Positions 28,761 through 39,009 of a stretch of DNA of 64,000 bases are shown in pieces. A program made the position numbers and the translations under genes. The notes beneath the pieces are model-generated. The model saw only the letters and a list, made by a program, of their open reading frames with translations, was not told the origin of the DNA and searched no databases. The stretch lies in IMG/VR virus record IMGVR_UViG_3300044981_000204, positions 56,022 to 120,021 of that record; one strand, 5' to 3'. The DNA is from a virus. How positions within the stretch are numbered: the stretch's first letter is position 1; each line of letters begins with the position of its first letter.

Positions 28761-29298
28761 GTTGTTGGCTCTCCTTGTGCTGAAATTGGGCTTTCCCCTA
28801 CACTCCCATAGTAGCATACTTCTGTTCGTCGCGAACGGGGAGTTGGTTGAAACCACCATATTCCCGATTCTTAGGTTGTTGGCCAACCTCTCAACGAGGA
28901 GAAGGTTGGGTCGACCGCCAACCTGGGCAATCCCCAGTGGTCGGGGGGTGTCGGGAGTAACACCTAGGACCAACCAAAGGGGCCTAACTTGGCCAAACCT
29001 TGTTGGTCGCTCTCGGCGAGGTCGGGGCGTCGTCGGACCTTGGGTCGCGCGGACGACCCGGGGCGTAGGTGGGAGCGGCCGGCAGCCGCCCCTCTCGCTT
29101 CACCTTGGCCATCTTCAGCCGGTGCTGCCTTGACAGCTTATCCTTCCTGAGGTCGCGGTCGTCGTTTGTCATGTCTTTGCGAAGGTGGCCCCGACCGCCT
29201 AGGATCGGGGCCCGCACAAGTTGGAAGGAGTCGGGGCCCCGCCGAGCACCGACGGCTCCATTGTACCATCGATAGTTGTGGCGCGGTCGGGGATTGTG

Positions 29299-30381
29299 CT
29301 AGCTCGTGGCTTCCACTAGCTGGAGTGCCCTACCAAGGGCCTCCTTCTTTTGGGCCGCCTTGGGGCCGAACCAAGAGCTATAGAGGGCGTTGTCCCTGTC
29401 CCTTCCCGACAAGTGGTCGAGGTAGTAGCTCACCGCGTTGTAGGCTCCCCAGGCAGTCCCCCTGGAACTTTCCAGGTCCGCGCCGGGTTGGCTGGATACG
29501 GCCCTGTACGTGTCGAACGCCACGCGCTTCAGCTTCTGGGGATCCAGCTTCGGGGCATTCGCCGCGACCAGCTGCGTCGCTTGGTCGCGCTCGGGCTGTC
29601 GGTAGAAGCCCTTGCCGAACTGCTCCGTTACCAGGTCCTTCTGGAAGATGTCCGCTATGTACCTAACCACGACCTCGTCGCTGATCTTGGTAGACGCTAG
29701 GGTCTTCGCCTTCTCCTCGAAGGCCTCGAACAGCTCGGTCGCGATGCCTAGGGTGGTCAAGGCCTCTTGCTCAACCTCCTCGTCGAACGCGCGGATGTGT
29801 GGCATCCGGAAGCCTCGGCCATACGTAGATTCGTTCATGGCCATCGCGAAGGTATTGCTGCAGATGACGCGCACGGTGACGAACTTGATCACCAGCGCTT
29901 TGCCCCAGACGTGGGGCAGCGAGAACAAGAGGTAGCCCCATACCTCGTCCCCTCCGGGAAGGACGAACGACGACATCAGCTTGGCGAGGACCCAGACCTG
30001 CCTACCTCCCTGCAAGGCCCCGGCGGTCTCCATCACCATCTTGCCGGCGTCCGTGAACTTCTTGAAGAAGTCGAACGCGGTCGAGTTCTGGGTGACGACG
30101 TAGTCCTTCCCCGCTGGACCGAAGATGCGGTTGTCGAGGTCCCTGACCAAGGAGAAATGCTCGGTGACGGGGATAACCTTGCCGCCCAACCTGACATAGT
30201 CCTCCAACGTAGGAGATTCCCCGATGCCCCCCATGGTGTCGGGGCACCACTGAGGCCTCTTGCTCACGGTCCATCCAAGCTTTGAGGCGATGATCATTTC
30301 CTCAGGCGTCGAGTTGTGGTCTATGGGGTGCCCGAGTCCCTGCCAAGGGGTGCGTTGGGCGAAAGTTTCTGGTAAAGACAT
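29299..30381 (-). CDS. DUF932-family phage/plasmid protein
   Basis: PWQGLG, YVVTQN..AFDFF, ETAGALQGGRQVWVLAK, VRVICSNT, GTAWGAYNAV. Confidence 0.85.
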   Translation of the reverse strand: MSLPETFAQRTPWQGLGHPIDHNSTPEEMIIASKLGWTVSKRPQWCPDTMGGIGESPTLEDYVRLGGKVIPVTEHFSLVRDLDNRIFGPAGKDYVVTQNSTAFDFFKKFTDAGKMVMETAGALQGGRQVWVLAKLMSSFVLPGGDEVWGYLLFSLPHVWGKALVIKFVTVRVICSNTFAMAMNESTYGRGFRMPHIRAFDEEVEQEALTTLGIATELFEAFEEKAKTLASTKISDEVVVRYIADIFQKDLVTEQFGKGFYRQPERDQATQLVAANAPKLDPQKLKRVAFDTYRAVSSQPGADLESSRGTAWGAYNAVSYYLDHLSGRDRDNALYSSWFGPKAAQKKEALGRALQLVEATS

Positions 30382-31654
30382 GTTGATGTTTTCTCCTAGG
30401 TACCACATTATGACGGAAAAAACAAACTAGTTCGGGGAATTTTCCCCGGTTTTATGGGCCGTCATTTTACTAATTCAGACTGAACCAGAACATCGCCCTC
30501 CATCCCCGACCAACCGCGAACTGGCCAGCGCAATAGCCCCTGCAGAACTTGCACCCGCATGGAAGGAGCCAGTTGATTAGGACGTATGGCCTTGCCCTAG
30601 ATAGGCTAATTGCTTGGCGGTCGGTCATGAGTGGCACGCGCAGTGGCACCCGGGAACAACGCCTTGGTAGAATTTCTCATAGGGGCAGCCTCAAGCCTCA
30701 CAACCTTCCCCGATCTTGCAGGTTGGCCTCTGCTCGGGCGGCGCGTTGCCGAGGGACCAACAGACGCGTCCCCACCACCCCAAGAACAACCCAACGATAA
30801 GCCACATAACGTACGGCACTATGCTCACCTCCTTGCGCTAATTCTTGCCACGGCATCGATGCAGACGTCGGACCACTTGAGGTGCCCGACCATGCTAGCT
30901 AATTTAATGCGAACCGCTCTCCTTACCTCCTCGATCCTTTGGGCGGAGGTGCCGTATGAGTAGCTCGTGCAGTAACTGCAGTTGTAACCCTTGTCGGCTG
31001 CCGAACTAAGGACGTCGTCCAACCCCCTTGACTCTTGGGTTACCTGCAGAGTGGGGGACACCAGGAAGAGGAACTTCTCCCCCGAAAGCTCGGAGCACCT
31101 GTGGGCGTCTTCCACCTCGACAGCTAGCCACGTGGCTAGCAACCGACTTCCTTCTCCTGCTCTAAGTAGGCGGCATAGACCGCCTCGTCGTCCTTTTTCT
31201 GCTGCTCCAAGTACTCCGCGTGCTTCACCTGGTCTATCCCCGTGAACTCACATCCTTCGCACCCCTCGCCGCCGCATCCTTCGTGGTACAAGTCCTCCGG
31301 CAGTTCTCCCTTGAATTGATCTTCACCGTAGTTGCCGGTGATGTACCTGTCGAGGGCGTGGGACATGGTCCTATCCATGAGGTTCCTCCTAGACCAAAGT
31401 GGCGATGAAGCGCCAAGCTGACGTGGTGACTGGAAAAGCACGAGCGGTCCGGATCACCTTTCTTCCTCGGCTTTCTCAGTTATCGATCGGTTCCCTTCGC
31501 ATGTACTCCTCAAACGGCGGTGGAACTTCCCCGCGCTGGTGGAAGCAGCACATGCTCGACTCCGGCCAGTTTGACTTGTACTCGCAGTCTGGCACCGCGC
31601 AGTTGGGCCACGAGTCGCTCAACCCATCCGTGAAGACCTTAAGTTCTTCTTGGG

Positions 31655-32257
31655 TCATACCTCGTACCTATCGGCCATCAGCCCCTCCACGTCCCCCCAC
31701 GAGTCGCAGTACCCCCTCACCATGAGGGGTGTCTGCTTGGGGCTCAGCTGGGCGTGGTGGTGCCTCCCGCCCGGCGTCCATCCGCTATTCTTGTAGGCGT
31801 GGTAAAGTCCCACGCGCTGGCACGCCTCCACCACGGAGGCCATGAGCGAACCCTCCCACACCAGGCGACCCCGCACGACCGGGCACAGGTCCACCGCCTC
31901 CCCGTGCTGGTGCCAGTCCTGGCCGGGCAGGTGGGCAGCCCCGCGAGGCCCAAGCCCCGCCCACTCGTCCCTCAACATGGCGGCTAGCCGGGGCGCGCCT
32001 GCCATCATCTTCCTAGCGTCGGCTAGCTCAACGAGGGACCTAGGTCTGCACCAGGCCCTCGCCTGGGCCAGTGGTCCCCTGACCGTGGTACTGACCCATA
32101 CCTCGACCTTGTTGGGGTCGGTCCTTAGCCGCTCGATCAACTCCTCCAGCTTCTCCTGGAGCTCAGGAAGTAGGAGCAGCGTGTCGCGGGACTCAACGTC
32201 CGGTGGAAGCTTCAAGCAGCGGGTTATCCTCCCCCGGCCCCACGTTGACCGACTCAA
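31655..32257 (-). CDS. M15-family (L-Ala-D-Glu/D,D) peptidase-like protein; start uncertain
   Basis: TVRGPLAQ, PGQDWHQHGEAVD, HAQ. Confidence 0.68.
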   Translation of the reverse strand: MSRSTWGRGRITRCLKLPPDVESRDTLLLLPELQEKLEELIERLRTDPNKVEVWVSTTVRGPLAQARAWCRPRSLVELADARKMMAGAPRLAAMLRDEWAGLGPRGAAHLPGQDWHQHGEAVDLCPVVRGRLVWEGSLMASVVEACQRVGLYHAYKNSGWTPGGRHHHAQLSPKQTPLMVRGYCDSWGDVEGLMADRYEV

Positions 32258-32540
32258 GCTGCCGCTGGCTCACGGCGAACTGCCTCAGGAGTGCCTCTAT
32301 CTTTGGATCTATCTCAGACCACTCGAACAGGTCCCCCTTGGTGGCCATGAGGAGGTACGGAAACACGTGCACCTGCACAACCCCCCTGACCTCGAGCACC
32401 AACCGCCCAAAGGCCCCGACCTCGTCGACGTCGCCCCTGCCTCCCCTCTCGGGCCCGGACGAGAGCTCGAACCTTGTGTGGTACACCTTCACGTTGGGGT
32501 CGTGCGTTGCTTGGATCGCTATGTCTGCCATCGTGGACAT
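32193..32540 (-). CDS. Nfu/NifU N-terminal-like domain protein
   Basis: THDPNVKVY...LEVRGVVQV...ATK...W..I...I. Confidence 0.6.
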   Translation of the reverse strand: MSTMADIAIQATHDPNVKVYHTRFELSSGPERGGRGDVDEVGAFGRLVLEVRGVVQVHVFPYLLMATKGDLFEWSEIDPKIEALLRQFAVSQRQLESVNVGPGEDNPLLEASTGR

Positions 32541-32607
32541 GGGGGCTGGAGTCCTCCTCCACTCAATGACATTGTACCACGGAACAAATCTTGAGGGACC
32601 GGGAATT

Positions 32608-33201
32608 TTACCACGGGTGTCGGGGGTCCGGCTTCCGGACGACGAACTCTATCGCACATTCGGCGTTGGACTCAGCTGTTTGGTCCCTGCCCAACTTAGC
32701 GGGGTCCCATCCCTCGGTCAGGAGTTGGACCATCTCCACGTCCACTGGGAGCTTCCAAAGCATGTGGTGGACGTTTATCGACCCGGGTATCACCGGCATG
32801 GCCCTCATCGTGAACGAGTGCTTGTGGTCCGGGTTGAACCCGCTTGGCCATTGCCCCTGCTCATACAGTAGTTCTTCGGGGACCGTCACCACTACGAAGC
32901 CCCCGGGTCTGACTACCCGGACCCAGTTGACGAGCGCCGCCCTGGGGTCCCTGAGGTGCTCCAAACAATGGCTGCTGTGCAAGAAGTCGAACTCGTCGTT
33001 CTTGACCTCCGGCAAGAACTGCGCGTCCTTGTGGCCCAGCTCGATGTCGTAGGGGATCACCTCCTCGACCCATGGCCAGTCCTCTTTCCTCATAGGATCA
33101 GCCCCGCACCCCACGTCGATGCCTCGTCCCCTGAACCATCGGTAGCAGAACGTCCAGTCCGTCCTGCGCCTCGTCTTTGCCTTGCTTTGTTCTTGGCACA
33201 T
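32608..33201 (-). CDS. Class I SAM methyltransferase
   Basis: GIDVGCG, FDFLHSSHCLEH, VRPGG. Confidence 0.88.
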   Translation of the reverse strand: MCQEQSKAKTRRRTDWTFCYRWFRGRGIDVGCGADPMRKEDWPWVEEVIPYDIELGHKDAQFLPEVKNDEFDFLHSSHCLEHLRDPRAALVNWVRVVRPGGFVVVTVPEELLYEQGQWPSGFNPDHKHSFTMRAMPVIPGSINVHHMLWKLPVDVEMVQLLTEGWDPAKLGRDQTAESNAECAIEFVVRKPDPRHPW

Positions 33202-33206
33202 GTTAG

Positions 33207-33473
33207 CTATCCCACGACCTCGCCCGATGCTTCGGGCATCTCGTACCCCACAAATGTGAACCTCTCCACCGTGCGCCCGTCTACGACCTCGGGAGTTAGG
33301 AACCCCTTCTCACCCTCTAGCGGCCTCGCCCTGAGCCTCAGCCCCGCGCGGCCCTCGTTGCCGGTCAGGGGGACGTAGAGGACCAGCTTCTCGTCCCTCT
33401 CAGTGTGCTGTGCTATTCCTATGACCTGGTAGTATTCTCCCTTGTGGTGCCTATATATCCCTGTGACCACCAT
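33207..33473 (-). CDS. DUF1653-family protein
   Basis: GIYRHHKGEYYQVIGIAQHTE...LVLY...ARP...F. Confidence 0.8.
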   Translation of the reverse strand: MVVTGIYRHHKGEYYQVIGIAQHTERDEKLVLYVPLTGNEGRAGLRLRARPLEGEKGFLTPEVVDGRTVERFTFVGYEMPEASGEVVG

Positions 33474-33476
33474 GAT

Positions 33477-34172
33477 TCACCTCCTGTTCATCTTCCTTAC
33501 TAAGCTAAAACCCCTGGGACCATCCAAGTGGACCCGGTACTCCTCTTCGGCGTCCACCTCCGGCACTATCCAACCCTCCGCGCAGCTATCGTGGTACACG
33601 TACACCGCACCCGGCTTCACGAGGAACTTCTCCTGGGCCCTCGAGGCGTACGAGCTATCTATGAATACCAGGTCAGCCATAGGGAGCTCTCGCAGCTCCA
33701 ACGACGGGCAGCACCTTATCTCCACCGGGAAACCCGCACAAACCTTCTTGGCGTAGGCCACCATGGCCTCGTCCACGTCTGACGAGACCACCCGACCAAA
33801 GCCGTTGGTCCAGCACCCGGCGCCAAGGGCGCGAGCCATTAGTCCGACGTTAGTCCCGGTCTCCACGACGAGCCTTGGCTTGAGCTGCACGACCATGGTG
33901 AACATGTGCGCCAGAAGTTCCAGCTCTCCTTGGATCAGCTCTTGGGGCATTGGATAGGGTTCACCATTGAGGACTCCAATGTGCCAGGGGTTTGGGTGGT
34001 GTTCTGTCTTGGGGACGTCCGAGTATTGGAGGTTCACGAAGTGGGAGTTTCCGAATGTTGGGCACGGCTCCAACTGGTCTACAGCTATAGCGGCCGCGAA
34101 CCCAACCCTCAAGCGGCGTAGGAATTCAAGGCTCACCTTGGGAACTCCAGTTGGTGCTCGGGCAACATCCAA
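33477..34172 (-). CDS. Methyltransf_24-like SAM methyltransferase; start uncertain
   Basis: VVETGTNVG, DLVFIDS, VKPG...VYHDS. Confidence 0.78.
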   Translation of the reverse strand: MDVARAPTGVPKVSLEFLRRLRVGFAAAIAVDQLEPCPTFGNSHFVNLQYSDVPKTEHHPNPWHIGVLNGEPYPMPQELIQGELELLAHMFTMVVQLKPRLVVETGTNVGLMARALGAGCWTNGFGRVVSSDVDEAMVAYAKKVCAGFPVEIRCCPSLELRELPMADLVFIDSSYASRAQEKFLVKPGAVYVYHDSCAEGWIVPEVDAEEEYRVHLDGPRGFSLVRKMNRR

Positions 34173-34966
34173 TCGTCGAGCTTTGCTAGCTCCCCATCCT
34201 GGAGCCTTGCCACTATCCTGTAGCTCCCCGAGGACTTCCCGTCGCTATAGACGAGCCCAAGCTGGGTCTCGTCGAAAGATTCGGGACTCTCGTGGACGCC
34301 CCCCTCCCTCCCGATGTTTTGGCACCTCGAGAGGACCGGGTGGAGGGCCCTCCTTTGCTCGAGCCTCATGGCATATGATAGGGAGAAATCCCAACCCGTC
34401 GGGGCCACCCTCTTCCTGTGCCAGGAGGATTTTATGAACGGCCACTGCCACCTGGTCGCGCACCACGCGAAGGGGGAGGTGATTATGCCCGACTCGGCCA
34501 ACATCTCGGGGTCGTCCGGCATGCCCCCGGGGTTTGACCCACGACCGAACTCTCGGTGGTTGCACATCGACATCAGCGTGTAGTCAGACAGCGGACCGCC
34601 GTGGGACTCGTGGAACCACGAGGAGAGCCTCAGGGCGTCGGGCCTGAGGCAGGCGTCGTCCTCAAGGGCGAGGTTTAGGTCTGACCCGTGCTCCTCGAAC
34701 GCCCTCTGCATGGCTACTAGCGGGTTTCCCGCGACCCCGAACTTGCACGAGTTCTCATACACGTGGCACCCGGCTATCCCCTGGCTCGACGTGAAGTACG
34801 CCGCTTCGTCCGCGACCCTAAGGACGCTTGGGTTGCCCGGGTCCACGCAGATGATCACCTCTTCGAACATAGGAACGCTCTCAGAAACCAGCGCATCCAG
34901 GAGGGACTGCATCACCATGGATAGGTACTGGGGTCGGTTGTGGGCGACGACCGTCACGGTCCTCAT
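34133..34966 (-). CDS. GT-A fold glycosyltransferase
   Basis: VAHNRPQYL, ICVD, LEDD, GWD, SRCQNIG; ATG 34966 overlaps the upstream stop. Confidence 0.78.
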   Translation of the reverse strand: MRTVTVVAHNRPQYLSMVMQSLLDALVSESVPMFEEVIICVDPGNPSVLRVADEAAYFTSSQGIAGCHVYENSCKFGVAGNPLVAMQRAFEEHGSDLNLALEDDACLRPDALRLSSWFHESHGGPLSDYTLMSMCNHREFGRGSNPGGMPDDPEMLAESGIITSPFAWCATRWQWPFIKSSWHRKRVAPTGWDFSLSYAMRLEQRRALHPVLSRCQNIGREGGVHESPESFDETQLGLVYSDGKSSGSYRIVARLQDGELAKLDDWMLPEHQLEFPR

Positions 34967-35799
34967 CTGCTGATCAACCTTTTCGCCACTATCTGGGCCA
35001 CGGACCTGTCCATCGGGGCATCTAGTGGATAGGCGTCGTTCCACACTGGCGCGAACGTGAGCGAGTGTGCGACCGCAGAAGCGGCAAACCTCATAGAGAT
35101 ATCGAGGGACCTCGACACCCGGTCGCGGCCCTCGACGTCGAAGAGGGCACAATACGACGCAACGAACGAGGCGAACGCCGTGTCTCCCGCGCCGGCCACG
35201 TTCTTTACCTTGCCGGCGAATGACCTAACCGACGCTATGTGGATACCTAGTCCGTAGGCGCTAGCCCCGCCCTCACCTCGCTTGATGACGCACAACTTTG
35301 CAGTGCTGTAGGCATCCTTGTGGTTGTAGAATTCTGCATAATTCGGGAACATCCCGTCGACCCAGCCGCTCCAGTTCTCGGGACGCACCTTGCAATCCAC
35401 GAAGGTCGGAAGCTCCAACAGGCGCACGTGGTCTACGACGGACCTATCTATTGATCCCTTCCCATAGTCGGACACCAGAACAGCGCAGCACCCTTGAGCG
35501 GCGCCTATAAGCTCCGGTATTAGGAGAGGCTCCAACACCTCGTCGACGTCGAACCTCGCAACGACGCCGTCGTCGTCCACCAGCCTCGACTTCACGATCT
35601 TACCACTAGCTTGGGAGACCAGGCGGACTTCCGCCCCCATCGCCTCGAGGTTCTCCGCGACGTTGCCGGCGCCGCCGGGGAGGTCGATGGTCCTATTGAC
35701 GCTAAGGAGCGGGGACCTATGGCTTTCCGGGTTCAGCCTCTTAATGGACCCAACGTGGTACCTGTCCACCATCAGGTCTCCCACCACTAGGAACCTCAA
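34963..35799 (-). CDS. PfkB/RfaE-type sugar (heptose-7-phosphate) kinase
   Basis: VVGDLMVDRY..G.IKRLNPE, GGAGNVA.NL, SDYGKG, PN..E, VAGAGDT. Confidence 0.85.
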   Translation of the reverse strand: MRFLVVGDLMVDRYHVGSIKRLNPESHRSPLLSVNRTIDLPGGAGNVAENLEAMGAEVRLVSQASGKIVKSRLVDDDGVVARFDVDEVLEPLLIPELIGAAQGCCAVLVSDYGKGSIDRSVVDHVRLLELPTFVDCKVRPENWSGWVDGMFPNYAEFYNHKDAYSTAKLCVIKRGEGGASAYGLGIHIASVRSFAGKVKNVAGAGDTAFASFVASYCALFDVEGRDRVSRSLDISMRFAASAVAHSLTFAPVWNDAYPLDAPMDRSVAQIVAKRLISR

Positions 35800-36341
35800 G
35801 ACTTCTTCTCCTGGTCCGCTACGGCTAGAGCCGCCGCCAAAAAGTTCGGGAAGTATGAGTGCTCGAGGGGGCTAAGGTCGGACCTGACCTTCTTCCGGTT
35901 CAACTTCGGGATTCCGGCCGCCTCGGCGGCCAACGAGTCGGTCTCAGAGTCGCCGACCATATAACTGCGCCCTAGGTCTATGTTGAGGTCCCTAGCCGCA
36001 TCTAGTATCATCCCGGGCTTAGGCTTGCGGCACTCGCAGCCGAAATCTGGCCGATGTGGGCATAGGTAGGTTGCCGCAACGCGCACTCCGCAGGCCTCGA
36101 CCAATAGGTCGTTTAGGCGGTCTGTTTGTTCAGAAAAATCCTCAATGGAGATAAAGCCAAGGCCAATGCCGCCCTGGTTGGTCACCACTATCGGCACCAA
36201 CAATTGCGCCGCAAGGACGACCATGCCATCGGCCACGGTCGGGAGGAGCTCAACCTCGTCGGCGGTGTTGGCTGGCCTACCTCCATAGGCCCTGATTAGG
36301 GTTCCGTCCCTATCCAAGAAAACTGCCCTTATCTTGTCCAT
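35796..36341 (-). CDS. gmhB: GmhB-like D,D-heptose-1,7-bisphosphate phosphatase (HAD)
   Basis: AVFLDRDGTL, VTNQGGI, CPHRPDFGCECRKPKPGM, MVGD...D. Confidence 0.85.
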   Translation of the reverse strand: MDKIRAVFLDRDGTLIRAYGGRPANTADEVELLPTVADGMVVLAAQLLVPIVVTNQGGIGLGFISIEDFSEQTDRLNDLLVEACGVRVAATYLCPHRPDFGCECRKPKPGMILDAARDLNIDLGRSYMVGDSETDSLAAEAAGIPKLNRKKVRSDLSPLEHSYFPNFLAAALAVADQEKKS

Positions 36342-37798
36342 AGATTCGCCCCGCTCCTCGACCAATACTTCAGCTGAAACAGCACTGCCGACATCGGCTG
36401 GTCCCAGTTCCTGGGCTCTTTTTGCCTAAAGATGTTGACGCTGTCGTACCATTCGGTGGTGATCTTGTCCAGGCCCCACCGCCACTCTGGCGGATTCCCC
36501 ACCAACAAGCAAACTGGCAACCCTAGGCCCCCCGCAAGATGCGCGGCCGATGTGTCGCAGCTAACCAATAGGTCCATGTGGGTCAGCACAGCTGCAGTAT
36601 CGTCGTAGTTCCTCAGGTCCTCGCCTAGGTCGACTATCCTATCACATAGGTCCTCGGGAAGGGCCTTGAGCTGCTTGGATGGTTCCGCCACCTGCAGGGA
36701 GTACAGCTGCACGCCGTCCACCTGCAGGAGCTTTAAGAACTGGGCAAGCGGTAGGCTCCTAGCCGCGTCGTTGCCGTGCTTCGGGTCCCCGGCCCAGACC
36801 ATGGCTACCTTCCTACTTTTGCCATCCCACCGAGAATTTACGCGATATTTCCAGACCTCACTAAGTCTTCCCGGGTCGTTCGACGCGAGTATGTGGGGCT
36901 CCCTCCGGCAGTTCTCGGGGGAGATCTTCAGCACCCTCATTATGCCAAGGAGGGACGAGTGGTGGTCGTAGTCGACCTTCATCCTTTCGTTGAAGCCCAC
37001 GGCCTCATCGACGCCAGACACCCTCGACATCAACGAGGTCAGGTCTTGGGGAACTAAGAACACCAGCTTGCCGAACTTTCCTAGTTCCTTGGCTTCTGCT
37101 AGGTACCTAGAGAATTGGATAGCGTCTCCAGCTCCCTGGTCGGAGACGACCAACAGCGTCTTACCCTCGCACGTCTGGCCGGACCAGGAGTCCGACATCC
37201 CCAAACCGCGCATCTTCTCGTTGCGGTTGTAGCTTAGGCAGTACTCGTACTGGGGCCACCCTCCCGCCCAATCGCCGTACGTCATCCTTATTAGGGCTTG
37301 GTTGAGCAGCATATGCGTGTCGCTAGGACTGAGAGCTAGCCCGCGCTCGTTCCACTCGTTCGCCTCGGCGAGTCGACCCTGGTCGTAGCATAGGATGGCC
37401 ATGGACGACATGGCTGGGTAGTTCTGTGGATCTTCCTTGATGGCGTCGTTGAGGAGCTGCTTGGCTTCGTCCAACTTCCACAGTTTCCGAGCGACCTCCG
37501 CGAGCGCGATGCGCGACCGGATGTTCGAGGCGTCCATCCTCGAGACCTCCCTGAACATCCTGTATGCGCTGTCGAACTGACCCATTGACGAGTACAAGGC
37601 CCCGAGGTTGTACACGCTGGGATGGTTCTTCGGGTTTAGGTCTACTGACCTCTTGAAGCACTCGAACGCTCCTTCGGCGTTCTTCACCTGAACGAACTGA
37701 TTACCTACGGCGAAGAGGAAGTTGCTAACGTCCTCGAGCACTCCCCTCTCCATGCGGACGTACTTAGCCTTGTCCTCCGCCGACCTCTTCTTCCTCAT
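36329..37798 (-). CDS. TPR-repeat + GT9-like (heptosyltransferase-type) glycosyltransferase
   Basis: N-terminal TPRs; DQGAGDAIQFSRY, VWAG...H.ND..RS, YSLQ, DTSAAHLAG, EWRW, WY...IFRQ; the promoter at 37811 implies start ATG 37798. Confidence 0.88.
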   Translation of the reverse strand: MRKKRSAEDKAKYVRMERGVLEDVSNFLFAVGNQFVQVKNAEGAFECFKRSVDLNPKNHPSVYNLGALYSSMGQFDSAYRMFREVSRMDASNIRSRIALAEVARKLWKLDEAKQLLNDAIKEDPQNYPAMSSMAILCYDQGRLAEANEWNERGLALSPSDTHMLLNQALIRMTYGDWAGGWPQYEYCLSYNRNEKMRGLGMSDSWSGQTCEGKTLLVVSDQGAGDAIQFSRYLAEAKELGKFGKLVFLVPQDLTSLMSRVSGVDEAVGFNERMKVDYDHHSSLLGIMRVLKISPENCRREPHILASNDPGRLSEVWKYRVNSRWDGKSRKVAMVWAGDPKHGNDAARSLPLAQFLKLLQVDGVQLYSLQVAEPSKQLKALPEDLCDRIVDLGEDLRNYDDTAAVLTHMDLLVSCDTSAAHLAGGLGLPVCLLVGNPPEWRWGLDKITTEWYDSVNIFRQKEPRNWDQPMSAVLFQLKYWSRSGANLWTR

Positions 37799-38158
37799 CG
37801 TAGTGGTTCCATTGTACCACGGGGAGTGCTCGTTGTCTCGGGGTTTGGCAACTGACCCGTGTACTTGGAGCCAAACACGTGGTATGATATTCTTGGTGCC
37901 ACAAAGGCAGTCCCCACCACCGAGCACCGAACCAAGAAGCTGCAACATCTTCGCGCACCTAAGCCACGTATTGGCGTTGGCAAAGTCCATTTTCCTTTAT
38001 ATCCAAGGACTTAGGCGAGCTTGGTATCGGCGCGAATTGGTTCAAAATTGGCTCATGCAAGGAGCGTCGCGGTTAGGTATCAACCACCTAGTCATCAGTA
38101 TATTGGAAGATTGACGCCAATTTTGTGCAGCAATTTCAAGTAACCCACTCGAGTTGTG

Positions 38159-38274
38159 CCAATATCCCAATAACCCATAGAGCGCGCGTACACGTAAGGC
38201 GCACATTCTAAAACAACTTCAACTTTGCCCAACATCCAATATCCTTCCAATATCTTACCAATATCTCCAATAAC
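38159..38274. repeat. CCAATATC-type short repeats in a non-coding gap (candidate origin iterons)
   Basis: CCAATATC at 38159, 38236, 38247, 38258; variants at 38167, 38229, 38267. Confidence 0.55.
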
Positions 38275-38361
38275 AGGGGGCTAATCCCTCGCGCAAAGAA
38301 GAGTTCCTTTGATTTTACCTCCGTACGTAGCGTTACGCGTGCGCGCGGGCGCGGGAGGAGC

Positions 38362-39009
38362 TTATTCCCTCATCCTTAGGTTCTCGAACCTAGGGCTGTG
38401 CTCATATTCCTCGTACGAGACCTTTTCCATGATGCCCGCCTCCTGCAGCCTCTTCCTCAGGACCATGAAGAGCTTCGAGACACCCTGCTCAGTCCTGAGC
38501 TCACGCTCCCTGAGTTCTAGGGCCTGGGTCGCCTCGGCGAGGGTCCAGATCTCCCTTCCGTCGTCTACCAATATGCGGAGGATCGCCTTGGACTGGGGGC
38601 ACTGCCTCTTGACGACGGCGTCCATGGCCCGGTCCTCCCCAGGATGCCAGCACAAGTATAGCAGCTCTACCCTGCTGGACCACCTCTTCTTCTTGACCCT
38701 GGGTCGGTCCTGGGGTTGGGGCTCCGCAGATATGAGCAGGACCTGCCACAGCCGCCTCGCGGCATCGAGCACGTCGACGGAAGGAACGACGGAAGACCCA
38801 AGGAGCTTGGACCTGAGGTGGTCCAAGCTGCCGGAGTCCGACTGCCTAGCTAGCTCCTCCGGCGAGGAGAACGTCGCGGCGTCGCCTGGTGCCTCTTCCC
38901 TGCTGGGGTACGCCTTGAGCTCTCCGGAACTAAGCAGGGAGATGACTTGCCCCATTCCTAGGCCTCCTATTCGAGATGTTTGCTGATATGGTCCATGCGC
39001 AGATCTCAT
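38362..39009 (-). CDS. Winged-helix-like paralog 2; start uncertain
   Basis: CPQSKAILRIL...LRTEQGVSKLFMVLRKRLQEAG. Confidence 0.6.
   Translation of the reverse strand: MRSAHGPYQQTSRIGGLGMGQVISLLSSGELKAYPSREEAPGDAATFSSPEELARQSDSGSLDHLRSKLLGSSVVPSVDVLDAARRLWQVLLISAEPQPQDRPRVKKKRWSSRVELLYLCWHPGEDRAMDAVVKRQCPQSKAILRILVDDGREIWTLAEATQALELRERELRTEQGVSKLFMVLRKRLQEAGIMEKVSYEEYEHSPRFENLRMRE

Noticed and set aside
37799-37990. N-terminal 64 aa of the 553-aa TPR-GT ORF
   Set aside because: Spans the conserved promoter motif at 37811-37820; the real start is more likely ATG 37798
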